Shown here: piece by piece, positions 11,601-23,922 of the stretch | Layout: every line of letters starts with the position of its first letter | How positions within the stretch are numbered: the first letter of the stretch is position 1 | Source of the DNA: Takakia lepidozioides | Lineage: Eukaryota; Plantae; Bryophyta | Length of the DNA stretch: 64,000 nucleotides | Assembly: GCA_030704615.1 (NCBI GenBank) | Contig: CM060732.1 | Coordinates: 65,410,001 to 65,474,000 of the forward strand | Direction: 5' to 3' | Made by a program: the position numbers and the translations under genes | Notes under the pieces: model-generated | Database searches by the model: none | Told to the model about the DNA's origin: nothing | The model's input: only the letters and a program-made list of their open reading frames with translations

Positions 11601-14150
11601 CAGTTCCGGGCCCAGTCAGTTCTAGGACTTAGCCATTTTCGGCCCCAATTTGGGAAAATGGCGCCGAATTTCCAGTTGAGGGCCCCGAAAATGGCCAAGC
11701 CCCTGGGGTGGCTGGCACCGAAACTGGAAATTCGGCGCCATTTTTCCACTTCCGGGCCTAGTCAGTTTGGCGTCTATTCAGCGTGTATTTTGCAGTTTCA
11801 TTCCCTAAAATTTACCTCGTTCCCGGGACCTCATTCTGTGTGTTTCTTGAATGCAGGTACTGCAAGTTCTCCTTTTTGGAGAAAGGTCATCTGTCCTTCG
11901 AGCCGCCATTCTTCCTCGCATGGAGGAACCTTGGGGCTGACTCCATGTACACTGACGTTATCGTGAAGGAGTGGCATCTGGAACATTTGCGCGACTGCCC
12001 TTGGTATGTGGACCTTCCGCCCGGCTCGCTCGACTCATCCGAGTTTCAATTGAAACTGGATGCTGAGGCGCGACGAAACTGGGCTCCGCTGCCTCCGCTG
12101 GGTCCAAAGGAGGCGAGAGCGCTTGCCAAGTCCAGGAAAGCGGCAGAGCTTGCTCAGGCAGGTATTCAAGAGAAATTGAATGAGAAGAATAAAGGACAAA
12201 ATAAAAGGACACGGAAACAGGGGAGTACAGTAACCCCCAAAAAACAGAAAACCACCGAGGCACCAAAGGAGGCGCAGGAGGGGCCCCAAGGGAGTGACTC
12301 CGACGACGACTTTGTGCAAGGTCCTGCGACTGCTGCTGCTGCTACCAAGTCACCGGTCGTCCGGGTTCCCAAGTCAGTTCGGACTGGGACTGGCTCTGCC
12401 AAGAAGTTGGCATTTGAGGGCGAGCCTACACGGCGGTATTCGGCGGTGACGTTTCCGAAGAGGCCAAAGCTAGAACCCCCAACCATCATCCAATGTGTCA
12501 ATGAGAGCTTCCTTGGCTCTGGCTGCCAGGGCGAAGAAGGTGGGCACACAACAAGTCTGTGGCGGAGCATAAGGGGAAAGCCAAGAAGAGGGCTCCCAGT
12601 ACAGAGCCTAAAGACACCCCTGGTTTCGAATCCATGATGGAATTCGGAGAGAGCCTGCGATATGATTCTCCTCGATATTCCAGATGGGGAGCTGCTGGAG
12701 GGCCTGGATGGTGTGCCCACCTGGAACAGGTTTACTGAGGACTACTGGAGGGCTGGGTTTGGGCTGGCGGGGATGCTCCTGGATGACGGTGGATGTATGG
12801 TGGTCCTTGCCACAAGAGGGAAGACCACAGACAATGTTGTGGCAAGGTGGACACCGAAAAGTGTCACCCCGGTCCTCCTCAAAAAATGGTTCTACATCAA
12901 TACGCAAGGGTTGCGGACAAAAGGCCAGAGTGTAAGTTATCAATCTATTGCATTCCCTTTATATTGTGGTGTATCTGAACTAGACCTTGGACTTGATCCC
13001 TCTTTTGTTGGATGTGCAGACATTGGTGTTTGAGGCATATTGTTTTGTAAAGAGAGGGTCTACGTTCAAATTCCGCAATGACGGTCGTCTTGTCGATGCC
13101 GTTGTGGACCCTGTTACCTACGATGTCCTCTACAACTATGTGCCCCACTCCAGTATGCCGAAGGACACAAAGACAGGCAAACCGTGGCGGTACAGCCGGA
13201 CCCGGAGCCCTGCTTTCATCCAAACCCTCATGGAGACATGCTCGGATGTCCAAGGGCGGATTCTTGACCGGCACGGGTAAGCCTTCACGTGCACAATTTG
13301 TCCCATGGCCCGATTGCAATTGCATGCCGCATGCTACTAACCGCCCGCTTTGTCCCTCAGGTGCCTCAATGTGGGCAGGGATGTTGTCCGACAGGCATGT
13401 CTTCGCCTTCGAGCCGGATACTGCCCTCCACAACTCCGAACTTGCAGCGGTTGAACGTCTGCCGAAAGAGGAAGAGGCATCCTCAGAGGATGAGGAAGAA
13501 TCCGACAAGGAGCAGGGGGAGGTACAAGTTGGGATCGAGGCCGAGAAGCCCCCGGTTTACGAGTGAGTGGTCGCATTGTAAGTTGCCTCCTGATTTTGTG
13601 AGGCACCTCCCTTTGCTCTCTTATTTCATTGAAAGACCATTTTTTGCTTCTACTGGTATTGACATTCTTAAAGTGGATTTGTTCTTACTGCAGGATGCCA
13701 AGTACTGCAGGAGGGACGTCTACACCGCAGTTCATGGGCGGGAGGAACGTTTTTTTTGCCAGGGGTGATTTCATGCCTAGTCCAGAAAGGGACTACATCC
13801 TTCCTACTTATGCTGCCCGGCTTGCTTTTGTGTCCATTAGGAGGTCTTCCGAACCTAGTCGTGTACATCAGATTTTAGACGCGGCAAGCCTCAAGAAAAT
13901 GAAGATGAGGGAGGAGGCAGCAGCTATTAGGGCCCGTCAGGCTTGTAGATTTGTCTTGGATTCTGCTGAGGAAAGTGGGGAAGAAGAGGCAGAAGATTCC
14001 CAGGAGGTGAGGTGGACAGTCCCCCAAGGAGAGGACAAATTTTTTGAGAGGCATAGTGGAACTGATGCATTTGAGAGCTCGGAGGATGGGGGGGATGAGG
14101 GGGATGAGGAGGAAGGTGGGGCAGGTTCCTCGAAGGGTGTAGGAGAGTAG
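8693..14150 (+). pseudogene. ParB/Srx-like + N4/N6 DNA-MTase-like accessory gene, copy 1 (multi-exon, frameshifted, partner transposase missing)
   Basis: LRIPLCRLVSLQVVRP, FYVWDGNHRLLAW, IADPALGADFL, EKLHRLA, WYVDLP, DMILLDIPDG, WRYSRTRSPAFIQTLMETCS, RHVFAFEPD, and a last exon YILPTYA...FVLDSAEE. Most introns sit at positions equivalent to copy 2. Stops and frameshifts at about 9310-9530. Confidence 0.85.
11078..11750. repeat. Intronic array of 10 imperfect palindromes GGAAAAATGGCGCCGAATTTCC in alternating orientation, 146-bp period
   Basis: GGCGCC cores start at 11086, 11150, 11222, 11296, 11368, 11442, 11514, 11588, 11660 and 11734 (72/74 bp alternation). The array lies inside intron 10990-11857. 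Confidence 0.92.
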
Positions 14151-14300
14151 TGCCCATTCCGGCTATGACAGTTAGGACACACTTGTATAGATGTGGCTTG
14201 CCACAAAATTTGCAATAAAATGTTGCATTTCCTTGCTATGACGAGTCCACTGGTGCCAAATTCCAACTTCATATGACCCTATTTCCGTGCCTCCTTAACC

Positions 14301-15146
14301 CTATTTCCGTGGACACACAATGGTCCGCTCATGCTTTTTTTTTTTCCGCTCATGCTCATGCCGCTCATGAAATAGCAGCCCCCCAACGAAGGTGTGCACC
14401 CTGTTGCCAACCTCAATGCAGCAGCGACCTGGCTCCTTTTTTACCCCTCTCACCTTCATCATTCTTCTCACTTGTGCAGTATCATCCCACCTGCCAGCTG
14501 CAGCATAGATGTTTGATAGCAACACATAAGTCGCGGCATCCCGTTCATCCTACTTGAGGATAGATGTTGCCACACGTTTAGCTATCTCCACATTGCCATG
14601 GATTCTGCAGGCACCAAGCAAGGCCTTCCACACCACAACATCTGGATTGATTGGCATTTTATTAATCGGGTCCACTGCCTCATCCAGTTGTCCCGCACGT
14701 CCAAGAAGGTCCACCATGCAGCCAAAGTGCTTTACTGTCGGAGTGATACCATGCTCTTGCACTTAACATACATGTAGACAAGGGTGATGAGTAGAAAAAC
14801 ACTTGGCGGGAATACACTTTGGATAATGTGAGTGTGCATCTGCTTTCCAGCTTCCAGACCTTCCATCTTGATGCACTTAAGCAAGAGACAGACATACGTA
14901 TCTGAATCTGCTGAAATGCCTCCTTTGTTTGTAGTCTGTAGAGCCTCTGTCAGACTGCCTGCCGCACAAAGCATCTTCACATGCCCAGAAGTGCAAGATT
15001 GATCCCCTTGCAGAAGCTGTGGTCATGGTTGAGGTGCCTGATTTTAGCAAAGGTGCCGCTGCAGCTGCTGCCTTTAGGTGACCATCTACCGATGCAAGTT
15101 TCTTGTAGCTATTGATCCACAGGGAATCATAGGTAATTTGGAGCAT
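14301..15146 (-). pseudogene. PLS-class PPR gene remnant including E-domain motifs
   Basis: HFGCMVDLLGRAGQLDEA, PDVVVWKALLGACRIHGN, LLSNIYAAAGRWD...VKKEPG; frameshifted and internally deleted. Confidence 0.85.
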
Positions 15147-16276
15147 GAAGTTCTAGGAAACACCCAACTCAACTTATCACACTAGCTTGTATGCTCAATT
15201 GCATCTGCTACTCTTTGTAATCCAACATGCATTCACCTTTTTGCCTCAGTTGTCCCACCATTAACTGGGGTCAGGAAAAGTATTCATTCCACAGCTTCTC
15301 CTCAGCTCTGTTACCTATTTCTAGATACTTTCCTATTGTCACATTGGCCGTATCATGTCATTCACTCCAAACTATCAAAGGTTCACTCAACCAGCTAACT
15401 TGCAGAATTCAACACGGAAATTTCGGGCCGACTTTGATAAGAGGGAAAAACAGGGTGAAATGTGTTGAAGAAGGTGCCTTCATTAGCAGTGTCTGACCGC
15501 TGCCGCTGCGGGTTGCAGTTGACCATCTGTTTCTTGTACTTGTCCTTCCACAGGGAATCATAGGTGATCTGGAGCTTGACCTCTTAGATGAATCTGGACC
15601 CACCCTCTATCCCTGCTCCTTCAGCTATCTATGCAGAGAGCCTCTGTCAGTCTGCCTGCCTCACAAAGCATCTTCACATGCGTAGAAGTGCCAGAAGAGG
15701 CATTGTGGACTCCCTCTCTTGATCCTCATTCAGAAGCTGCGGTCATCGTTGAGGTGAGCATTCCAAAGCTTCTCCTCGTCTCTGTTATCTGTTTTTCGAT
15801 TCTTTCTTGTTGCCACATTGGCGATAACATGTTAAAATCACTCCAAAACCACCATAGATCCACCAACAAGCTACCTTGCACAGTTCAACATCAGAATCTA
15901 GGGACGACCTCTGTACTTCTTTCCAAAGCCGCATGGACAAGCAACATTTCGACTCAGTTGTCCACTTTTTGCAAGATTCACAGATGCTGCCGCATTCCAG
16001 CGACCCCCCATCAACTCTTCCACCTTCACCAACCAGCAAATCCATGGTGTCAACCTCAGGCCAGACCCTTCATCTCCCAGCTATGGCCACCTTATATTCA
16101 AGGTATAGGGACAAATATATTTCATCATTCAAGGTATTAAAAGATGGTAGGAAACAAGCAAACAGTGGAAAGCCATTGGTGAGACAGCGGGAGGGGAGAT
16201 TTTGAGAAGAGAATGCAGCTGCCAGAGCATAACAAAAACATACAAGAACTCTTAGGCAGCAAACACGGGAGACTAA

Positions 16277-17738
16277 CCTCGTCAAGAGACTTGGGAAGCG
16301 GCTTGCCTTCCTCCTTAAGCTTCATCACACGCCTGTTTGCCTCCTTTGCCCACTCGTACTTTGCCAGTACGGCATCAACATCACGCACAGTGCACCCCCA
16401 CTCCGTTGCCACCTCAGCCTTGTGAAGCTCTCCAACTCGCTGGACCCACACCATGCCCAGCCCGATGCCCCTTGCTTACTTTCTGAAGACATCGTGTGCT
16501 CACCTGCAAGCCCGGCCGTCCAGTATGCAGCCCTCTTTAATTGTTTACCACTTCTGAGGGTTGGTGCTCTCATTAAACATTGAAACAGACTTTCCTGTAG
16601 CAACCAAATTCAGATGTAATGAAAAAGCATACTAGAGGGTCATGTCAGGCTAGGGATCGAAGAATCCCCTCCTGTCTCTCAAGGGATTTTATAGCTGATA
16701 CTTCACCCCCTCTGGGCAGGCTGCGTCCAAATGTCGTTAGACTTCAAACTGGCATGCCTTCTTCAACTCATTTGCAAAATCTGTACAACACAAAGAAAAT
16801 CTATTGAGAGGCAGAGCCAGATTTCAAAGAAAGATTCACAAATCGAGTACATACTTGTACTAAACCGGTTATTGGGCTAATTTCCAACCTCTGACCGCCG
16901 TGGCTGCAAACTACAGGATTGGGCTCTCAATCTGGGGTCTTCAAGCACTCATTGAAGAAGACATAAAATTTCTTGCTTGTTTGATCACTATTACTCTTCC
17001 CACGAAAGACTTACATTCCTGGTGGAAACCATCAGCCAGTTTCCACATCCCCCCCTCTGTTATACTGGTGTCCTATATTGCGAATCATCATAATGCAGGC
17101 CCAGTCTAGGCTTTAGGGTATTGTCTCTTCAGTCTCCAATTACACCTACTGGGTTCCTTCCTGCAGTCGCTTGTTGCTGGAAGAAGCATATCCGCCATTG
17201 TCTCCTATAAGCCAAATTGGTACCAGAAGCAGACTTGTCTGCACCATCATTTCATTCAGCTAAGAAATTCGTGAAGTGTCCTTTGCAATAAATAAACAAA
17301 GTGATCCAATGGTTCATACTGATCAACTCCCAGCAGTCACATTGTGCAAGTGAGGGCCTTTTATGATATTAGATTGTTGAATCTGTAGCAGAGCACCTAG
17401 CGACACAGTAGAATGACACTCACTTTCCATTGTAAGGTCATGTTGAGACACAGACTTTTCTTTAGAAGTATCCGATTGGGAAGTATCTGATGAAGGTGTC
17501 TTGCTCTTGAACACACTCTTCAGCCTCTGCATCCAGGACGAAGCTCCTGCAGATGAACCCTCATCCTCTGCCGCCGTTGCAAAACCTGATGCATGTGACC
17601 AATGTGTGCACTATGGGATATGGGTCCGTTGCAGGACCGGGTGACGGTGAGAGACGACAGGAACGTAAAAGACAACGTAGGGCTACAATCTACCTCAGCA
17701 TGGATTTCCTCAATTTGTTGAGAGCTTGCAGCTTGCAA
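16277..17738 (-). pseudogene. Fragmented homolog of the plant SEC-C-motif / SRP54-M-like protein (Arabidopsis AT3G04950-like)
   Basis: Spliced pieces SWMQRLKSVF...DLTME | FANELKKA...ERQEGILRSLA*HDP | CTVRDVDAVLAKYEWAKEANRRVMKLKEEGKPLPKSLDEV. Exon 2 has a stop and frameshifts. Family recognised from memory. Confidence 0.6.
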
Positions 17739-17766
17739 GGTGAACGATGGCGGCAGAGCTCCTGCA

Positions 17767-17987
17767 GTTCAAGAAGATCAAGATCCGGGCATAGCGGCAG
17801 TTCCGAAAAAGATGGCGCGGCGATTTCTATTGGCCTATTTCGCGCGGGCCGTCTGGGCAGATTCCAAAGAAATTGACGACGACGATGACCTGGCTACGAT
17901 GACGTGGCACTATGGCACCCTATTCCTGCTCTACGCTAAACTAGCTTCCGACCTTCGGTCATCGCTAGAATATATTGAACACAAAGT
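17767..17987 (+). repeat. Left copy of an outer inverted repeat (partner 33745-33936)
   Basis: AAAGAAATTGACGAC...GATGACGTGGCACTATGGCACC.TATTCCTGCTCTA.GCTAAACTAGCT..CGACCTTCGGTC.TCGCTAGAAT matches the reverse complement of 33750-33900. Confidence 0.8.
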
Positions 17988-18945
17988 AATAAGGAGCAAT
18001 TCAAATGTTGAAGTGCGCCAAGTTGTTTTTTTATTTTTTGTTATCGAAATCTAATGTCTATTATTTTTATATTTTGTTTTGTTTATATGTGGTTTTTTTC
18101 TCCTGGCTGGAGGCCGTTGGATCGCAAAGATCTAGCGTCCATCCGTTCAGGTATTATTGGAATTTATAATAATGTTTTATTTTATATTTTAATATACTTT
18201 ACATTTCTGGTTGGTTTTCCGAAGCCGTCGGATTTTGAAGATCCAACGGCGTAGAGATCTCACCTAAACGTCACCGCAGGGGTGGCGGCTAGGGCTAGGT
18301 CTCTTAGAGACCCCCGCCGTGGATCGGGAAGATCCAACGGACGTTGGGTTTTGTTGTTTTGTTTTAATTTATTTTTTGGTGGCTGATCCCGCTGACTTTG
18401 CCGGGCCTCGTGGACCCACACCAGGCCGCATGCCGGCGCGTCGCCATGTGGCCAGGCGCGACAAGCCATGCGTTTTGTTTTTTTGGTTTTTGTTTTGTTT
18501 TGTTTTGTTTTTTGTGTTTTGTGTTTTTTTCCGGTGGCGGCGCCTACTGACGGCGCTGACGCACGCTCGGCGCAACGCACGTGGCCAGACGCGGAAGTTT
18601 TTTATTTATTATTTTTGGGTGGCGGCGCCAACCCACACCAGGCCGCACGCTTGGCGCGTCGCCACATGGCCACGTGCCGTCGCGCTGGTGTTTTTTTGTT
18701 TTTTGGGGTTCTTTTTTCAGGGCTTTGTGAAAGCTGTTGGATCCAGCATCCAACGGCCAGGGTCGACATTGTTTATTTTGTCTTTCATTTAGCTGATGCC
18801 GTTGGATATGGCCAGATCCAACGGAGGGGTTGCCCTAACTCTTCAACCACCACTCTGCTCCGAGCAGGGACGTTGAAGCTGCAGCGAGTCGAGAGGTTGC
18901 GAGAGAGAGAGACAGAGCTTGGAGCGGTGGAGCCAACGACGCAAT

Positions 18946-19148
18946 GGCGTGAGCGTTGCACGTGAGCGCGCGAGCGTACGCTCACGCAGGAGTGACGTGG
19001 CGTGAGCCTGCACACATGCTGACGTGGCGTGAGCGTCATGTCAGCATGCTGATGTGGCGGTAAATGATGACGTGGCACTGTCCGTCAACTGCCACGTCAG
19101 CATTAACATGCGCCGCCTATAACCGTGGATGGTCCTATGACCGTGGAA
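18946..19148 (+). repeat. Imperfect left TIR of copy 2, rich in TGACGTGGC (G-box/ABRE-like) motifs
   Basis: Aligns by eye with the reverse complement of 30071-30237. Confidence 0.6.
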
Positions 19149-19552
19149 TTAATGCAGGGAATCTTGCCTAAATAGAATCAAGACGAGCGTTGAGGCCTAC
19201 AATTGCAGCATCCAACATTGTGCAATTACAAATGTTTGTTTCACTTTTACAATTACGAAGACGACAAAATATCCTCACAAAGTGTGCGCCATAAAGGCTG
19301 CCACGAGAAGACTTCCTCCCTCCTCAAATAACAATGAGAGTTATGATCATCTTCAAAAGATGATTGTAGTGCATAGCGACAGCAAGACATGTAGACTTCG
19401 AACGGTGCAATGACAAATGTGCACTACCTAAAAGTTGTCACTCAGACCTCACTCCGTATAGTTGGAGGCCATATCATTGCACAGCCGACGAATTGATGTG
19501 AATTACACATTTCAAATCATGGTCATCCACATACCACATTACATAGTTCATG

Positions 19553-22500
19553 CTACCCATGTGTTGTATCCCGCTGCAAAAGAGTATCGACCTCGTTGAA
19601 ACTCATAGTGGCCTGGTGAATGAAGTTGTCACGTTTGGGATCGCAAACCATCCTCCTCAAAAATATGAAATACAAATGTTTGCAGGGTATGAATTTACCT
19701 CTCTTGCCCAAACTGGTTGATAGCATATTCACAAAATCAGGACATGTGCAATTGGGGAAATTGGAAACCGTGATGTCGTAGGTCCTGTCATGAACAGCAG
19801 ATGTGGAAGTGATGATTGTGAATACCCGACCATATCCTGGATCGGGTACTTCCGTGGTGCTTCCGACACGAGCTTGGAGCATTCTTGCGGACTCCACTTT
19901 GCCAAAGTGTTCAGCGGTTGGAGGGAAACGCCGAACGAGCTTTCCATCTCGTTTGGTTGGCCACAAGTCAGGATTTGCCGGGGGGACCCGGGAGGACGCA
20001 GGAGTAGTAGCACATGCATGGAGTTGGGGTTGTCTCGCAAGGAAAAACCTGCCTCCTCCAGCATTTCAATCTCCTGAAAGCTGAGATGTGTTCCCACCTT
20101 CACGGGCCAAACGGTTGGAGGAGATGGCTTCATCACTACGGAAGGACGCACAGTTCCATGCACACATCTGGCACAATCATCTGCGCAGAACCAGAACTTG
20201 TGGTTCTTGGCTTCTGGTTGACCGTATGGACGCATCAAGCCCGTGAAAGTCGGAGCAGGAGTTCGGGCACCACCTCTGGATATAGATGAAGTGCACTTCT
20301 CGAAATTAGTTGCCCTGATCGCTGTACATTTCACACGAGACCCGACACTTGTGCGTTCTATGTGCCAAACGTGGTCGGGGCATGCGGACTCAAGCACATC
20401 AAGGGGGTTGTTTCTCTCCTGCACCATTTCAGTGGCACGGTTTGATGCTGGAGCTTGCCGTCGTGTTGGAGGTTCCTCCACAATGGAGGTTCCGGACACG
20501 GAGCTGTCATGCAGGGGAACACGAGGCTTCGAGAAGTTATCACGGTCTGCCCTGTGGGAATCTGAATCCGAACCAGGTGGAGTGTTCAATTTCCTCTTAC
20601 AGGAGCCGAATCTCTCCTCCCCTTCAAGATGTGGAACTCTAGAAACAAGTGGCGTTCCCTGGGCATACATGCTCACCGCCCGTGCTATCTTGATTGGATC
20701 CCCAGATCTGTTTGCAGCACGCAACATCAACTCCGATTTGTCCGGACCCTTGCCACCAACCCCACCTCGTAAGAAATCACGGTATCGGGTTTGTTGTTGC
20801 AAGGCACGTATCAAATCATCTGTTGTTGCCACATACAAATCCCGACCTCGTTTCCCAGACTGCTGCAACCATGCATTGTGCACAGTTTCTGCCAAATTGC
20901 AAGATGGCATGTCTGCCATTTCCTCAATGGACATGTTCTGCAAAGAGGATAACCACACTTCAGAATAGTGCACAGGAAACAACATAAAGAAAGCAATGAG
21001 TCAAAAATATGGAAAGCAAATGTATGAATAAAGCATGAAATAGAAGCCTCGTACCATTGTCATGGCTGCTCCCCACTGTCTATACCGGAAGTGCCAAAAC
21101 GCCAGCCAATCTTCCAATGCTCTCATACTCTCAAGTGATGCAGCTCCAGAAGAGAACCACCAGGCACGAATTGTCTGGAACAAAGTGTCCGCCTCCTTCA
21201 TTGTTCTAGCATCTTTGTACTCTTTGCACAATTTACGGTGCTGAGTCTGCATCTCTGGTTTGATGTCCGACTTTGTATGTTTTTCCAGAGATTGTGTCCA
21301 ATGGAATAGACATGTACGCTCTCTTCCTGGCATAGGCACTTTTGGGTCGCCCGATCCGAAGACAATACGAATAGCATTGAAATTTGCTTGAGCACTATCC
21401 GCCATGAAACCTGCGAAATTTGGAGATGGCAGCCCATGGCAGCCCATGACACGTATCAGGGAATTCCACATGAGCTTCTGGGATTCCGTATCCTCGGATT
21501 GCATGTCACAAACTGCAATTGTCATAACTCGTTGGTACACTGGATCGTAGACATGACAAGCCATTGTCGTCCAATCCTTCACTCGTTTCACATGATCAAA
21601 CATAAGAAAACAGTTCTGCAAGTCCCCAGTCTTCTGCATCCGCTTCACGAGGCTAACCCCACTGCCCTCCCCAACAGTCGACATTTTGAAAAGAAAAACT
21701 TTGATGGCACCTTGACCTGGGAATACATTGTCCTGGATGTAATCGTACTTGCTCAGTCGTTTCAATTCCAAAATATTGTCTATGTAGCCTCTGATCCCAG
21801 AGCCCATTCTCAATGCATTGATCTGATGCCGAATGTTAGGTGAACTTAAAGTGGAGAAATGATCCATGACCAGGTCCAATGCTGCACCGTCAAGTTTAGT
21901 CCCCACAGAATCTCCTTCACTCAAAATATGGCTTTCCAAGAAGGACTTGCTTGCGCCAAGAGCAATTGCAGATGTTGTTGCGGATGGGTTTCTCCCGAAC
22001 TCCTGTTTGATCAACCTCGATACTGTCTCAACACTCTCCCTGTAATCCCCCTTCGAGACAGGATGGTTATGGAATCCAAAATGCACACAAGCTCTCGTCA
22101 TTGTATTCAAACGGTGGACAACATAGTACATTCTTGCTCCGCAGAGCGCCAAGCAGGATGGCACAAGTTTGCAGAATTTGCAGACGAAAGTGTTTGCCGG
22201 TGGAGGGGCAGTCCCAGGCTGAAATGGATTCTCCGCCAGACCCTCCCATTCGCTTTGATTATGAACTCCAGACTGAAGAAAGTGTCTGCAATTCAAATTA
22301 TCACACCTAAGGTGTCCATTGCAAACTGTCCTCCTGAAAACAAGCTTGTCATCATTCTGAATATTGGATGTTTTTGTTCTGCACCACGGGTGCCCGTCGT
22401 GTTTCTTGTCCATTCCATGCATCATGATTGTTACACCTCCAACTCGCGGAGGAGGAGGCAGCTCGAATAGGATATCGCCATCAAAAGTCTCCGGCAAGAA

Positions 22501-23067
22501 CTTCACAGGCACCTGCTTCAAAGATTCCCAATCAATTCCCCGCAACTCACTTTTGAATCCAGCCATTCCTCCCATCGCCCGCAATTTTGGAATGACACTA
22601 CAAATCTCTTCTTCATCAGCTTCTGCAACCACAGTAGGAAGGACTGGATTTGGAATTTCACTTATGTCATCATCGGAAGAATCCGAAAGCTCAACGATTG
22701 GAGTGGAGGAAGTCTGTTCTTTTTTCACCACCACCTCCCTCTTGTCTTCAACGACCGAAGCAGCAGTCCCGGGCGTCACATATGACCCAAGGGACTTTCG
22801 CCGAGGCTCTCCAAGTACTCTGTATCGACCAGGACGCACTCTCCACTGGCTGATATGAGCCGTCTCATCACGGTTTTGGAAAGAATATTTCACCAACTTC
22901 CCTTTCAGATCGTAAACCTCTTTCTCCAAAAAGATGGAGCCATTCTGCAGCTGAAAACGGGTAGCCAAGACATGTTCCAGAACAATTGCAAATCCATTGT
23001 CAAGGACTTCCTGGGAGAACGGCACTGGTTTGTCGTCTGAGAAGAACTCCGCTTCAGAGGAAGCCAT
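19553..23067 (-). CDS. MULE-type DDE transposase (GCM/WRKY-like Zn domain, DDE core, zf-PARP-like motif, SWIM); one intron, one apparent frameshift near 20010
   Basis: Exon 1 is 23067-21055, intron 21054-20938 (GT..AG), exon 2 starts at 20937. Motifs MFDHVKR (D), FMADSA (D), CLFHW (CxxH), CNLAETVH (E), and SWIM CTCPDF..CKH in ORF 19553-19966. Confidence 0.88.
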
Positions 23068-23922
23068 CTTCCTTCCTCGAGTATGTTTGTACCTTGCTAT
23101 CGCAGATCTAGTGTAAATCGGTTTACTGCTGTCTCCAGAACACAGTTGAAGAATGAGCAGAGCATATGGCGGAGGAAGCTCAGATAACGACTGTGCATAT
23201 TCTGTTATTCATTCCAGATATGCAGCCGTCCATTTTAATTACTTTTCTTGTGGGCCCAGTGGTCAGAGAATCCATAGGGGCAGTGTCGGCAACTGTTAAA
23301 CCGTTAATCAGAACCTCATCAATAAACCCAATAACAAAGCCGACTTCCTGGAAGCATGCCACAGGATCCGAGAATGGGATTGCAGATTAAGTAAATGTAT
23401 CTATATACTACTACCAATGATCATGCGCACCTGGAAAGTTCCAAATGTGCAACGAATGTGGGGTTTGGATAACAAGGATGACCGTGTATGATATTCCAAA
23501 ATTTGTCATCAAACTCTCGTTCATTTATATTTATTTGTTTAAGACTGCGCATCAATTTCTGGGATTCGCTGTTCTTTTTAAATATTGAACCAGTTATAAT
23601 TTAGAACACGCCGTTTTGTTTTGGGCGGCACACGTCAGACATCCATAACTGAATACGAACAGCTGTACACCAATTGCTGGCATGTGCACTAATAACGAAA
23701 CGACTATGTGTAACGGTCACGCGGGAGGGAATCCGATGCTTCTAGAGACACGCAAGAACACAGGCAATCCCGCAAGAAATCGAGAGTCACTGCGTTTTTC
23801 TACTTTTCGCGCTTAGAGGGAGAGTGGTAGTCAAGCTGGAGAGGGTTCCTTCTAGAATACGAAAGAGAAGAAAGTCTCTTTATTTTACTTCCCTTAGAGA
23901 GAGACGCAGAGCAAGAGAGAAA

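Noticed and set aside
17940-17970. Helitron 3' end (hairpin + CTAG)
   Set aside because: Similarity between the two inverted copies continues past CTAG, and no Rep/helicase gene is in the window.
18938-18945. TSD for copy 2 (GACGCAAT vs GAGGCATC at 30238-30245)
   Set aside because: Only 5 of 8 positions match, too weak to call.
19553-23067. KDZ/Zisupton or CACTA Tnp2 assignment for the transposase
   Set aside because: The D..D..CxxH..E spacing and C-terminal SWIM fit MULE; no KDZ or Tnp2 motifs recognised.
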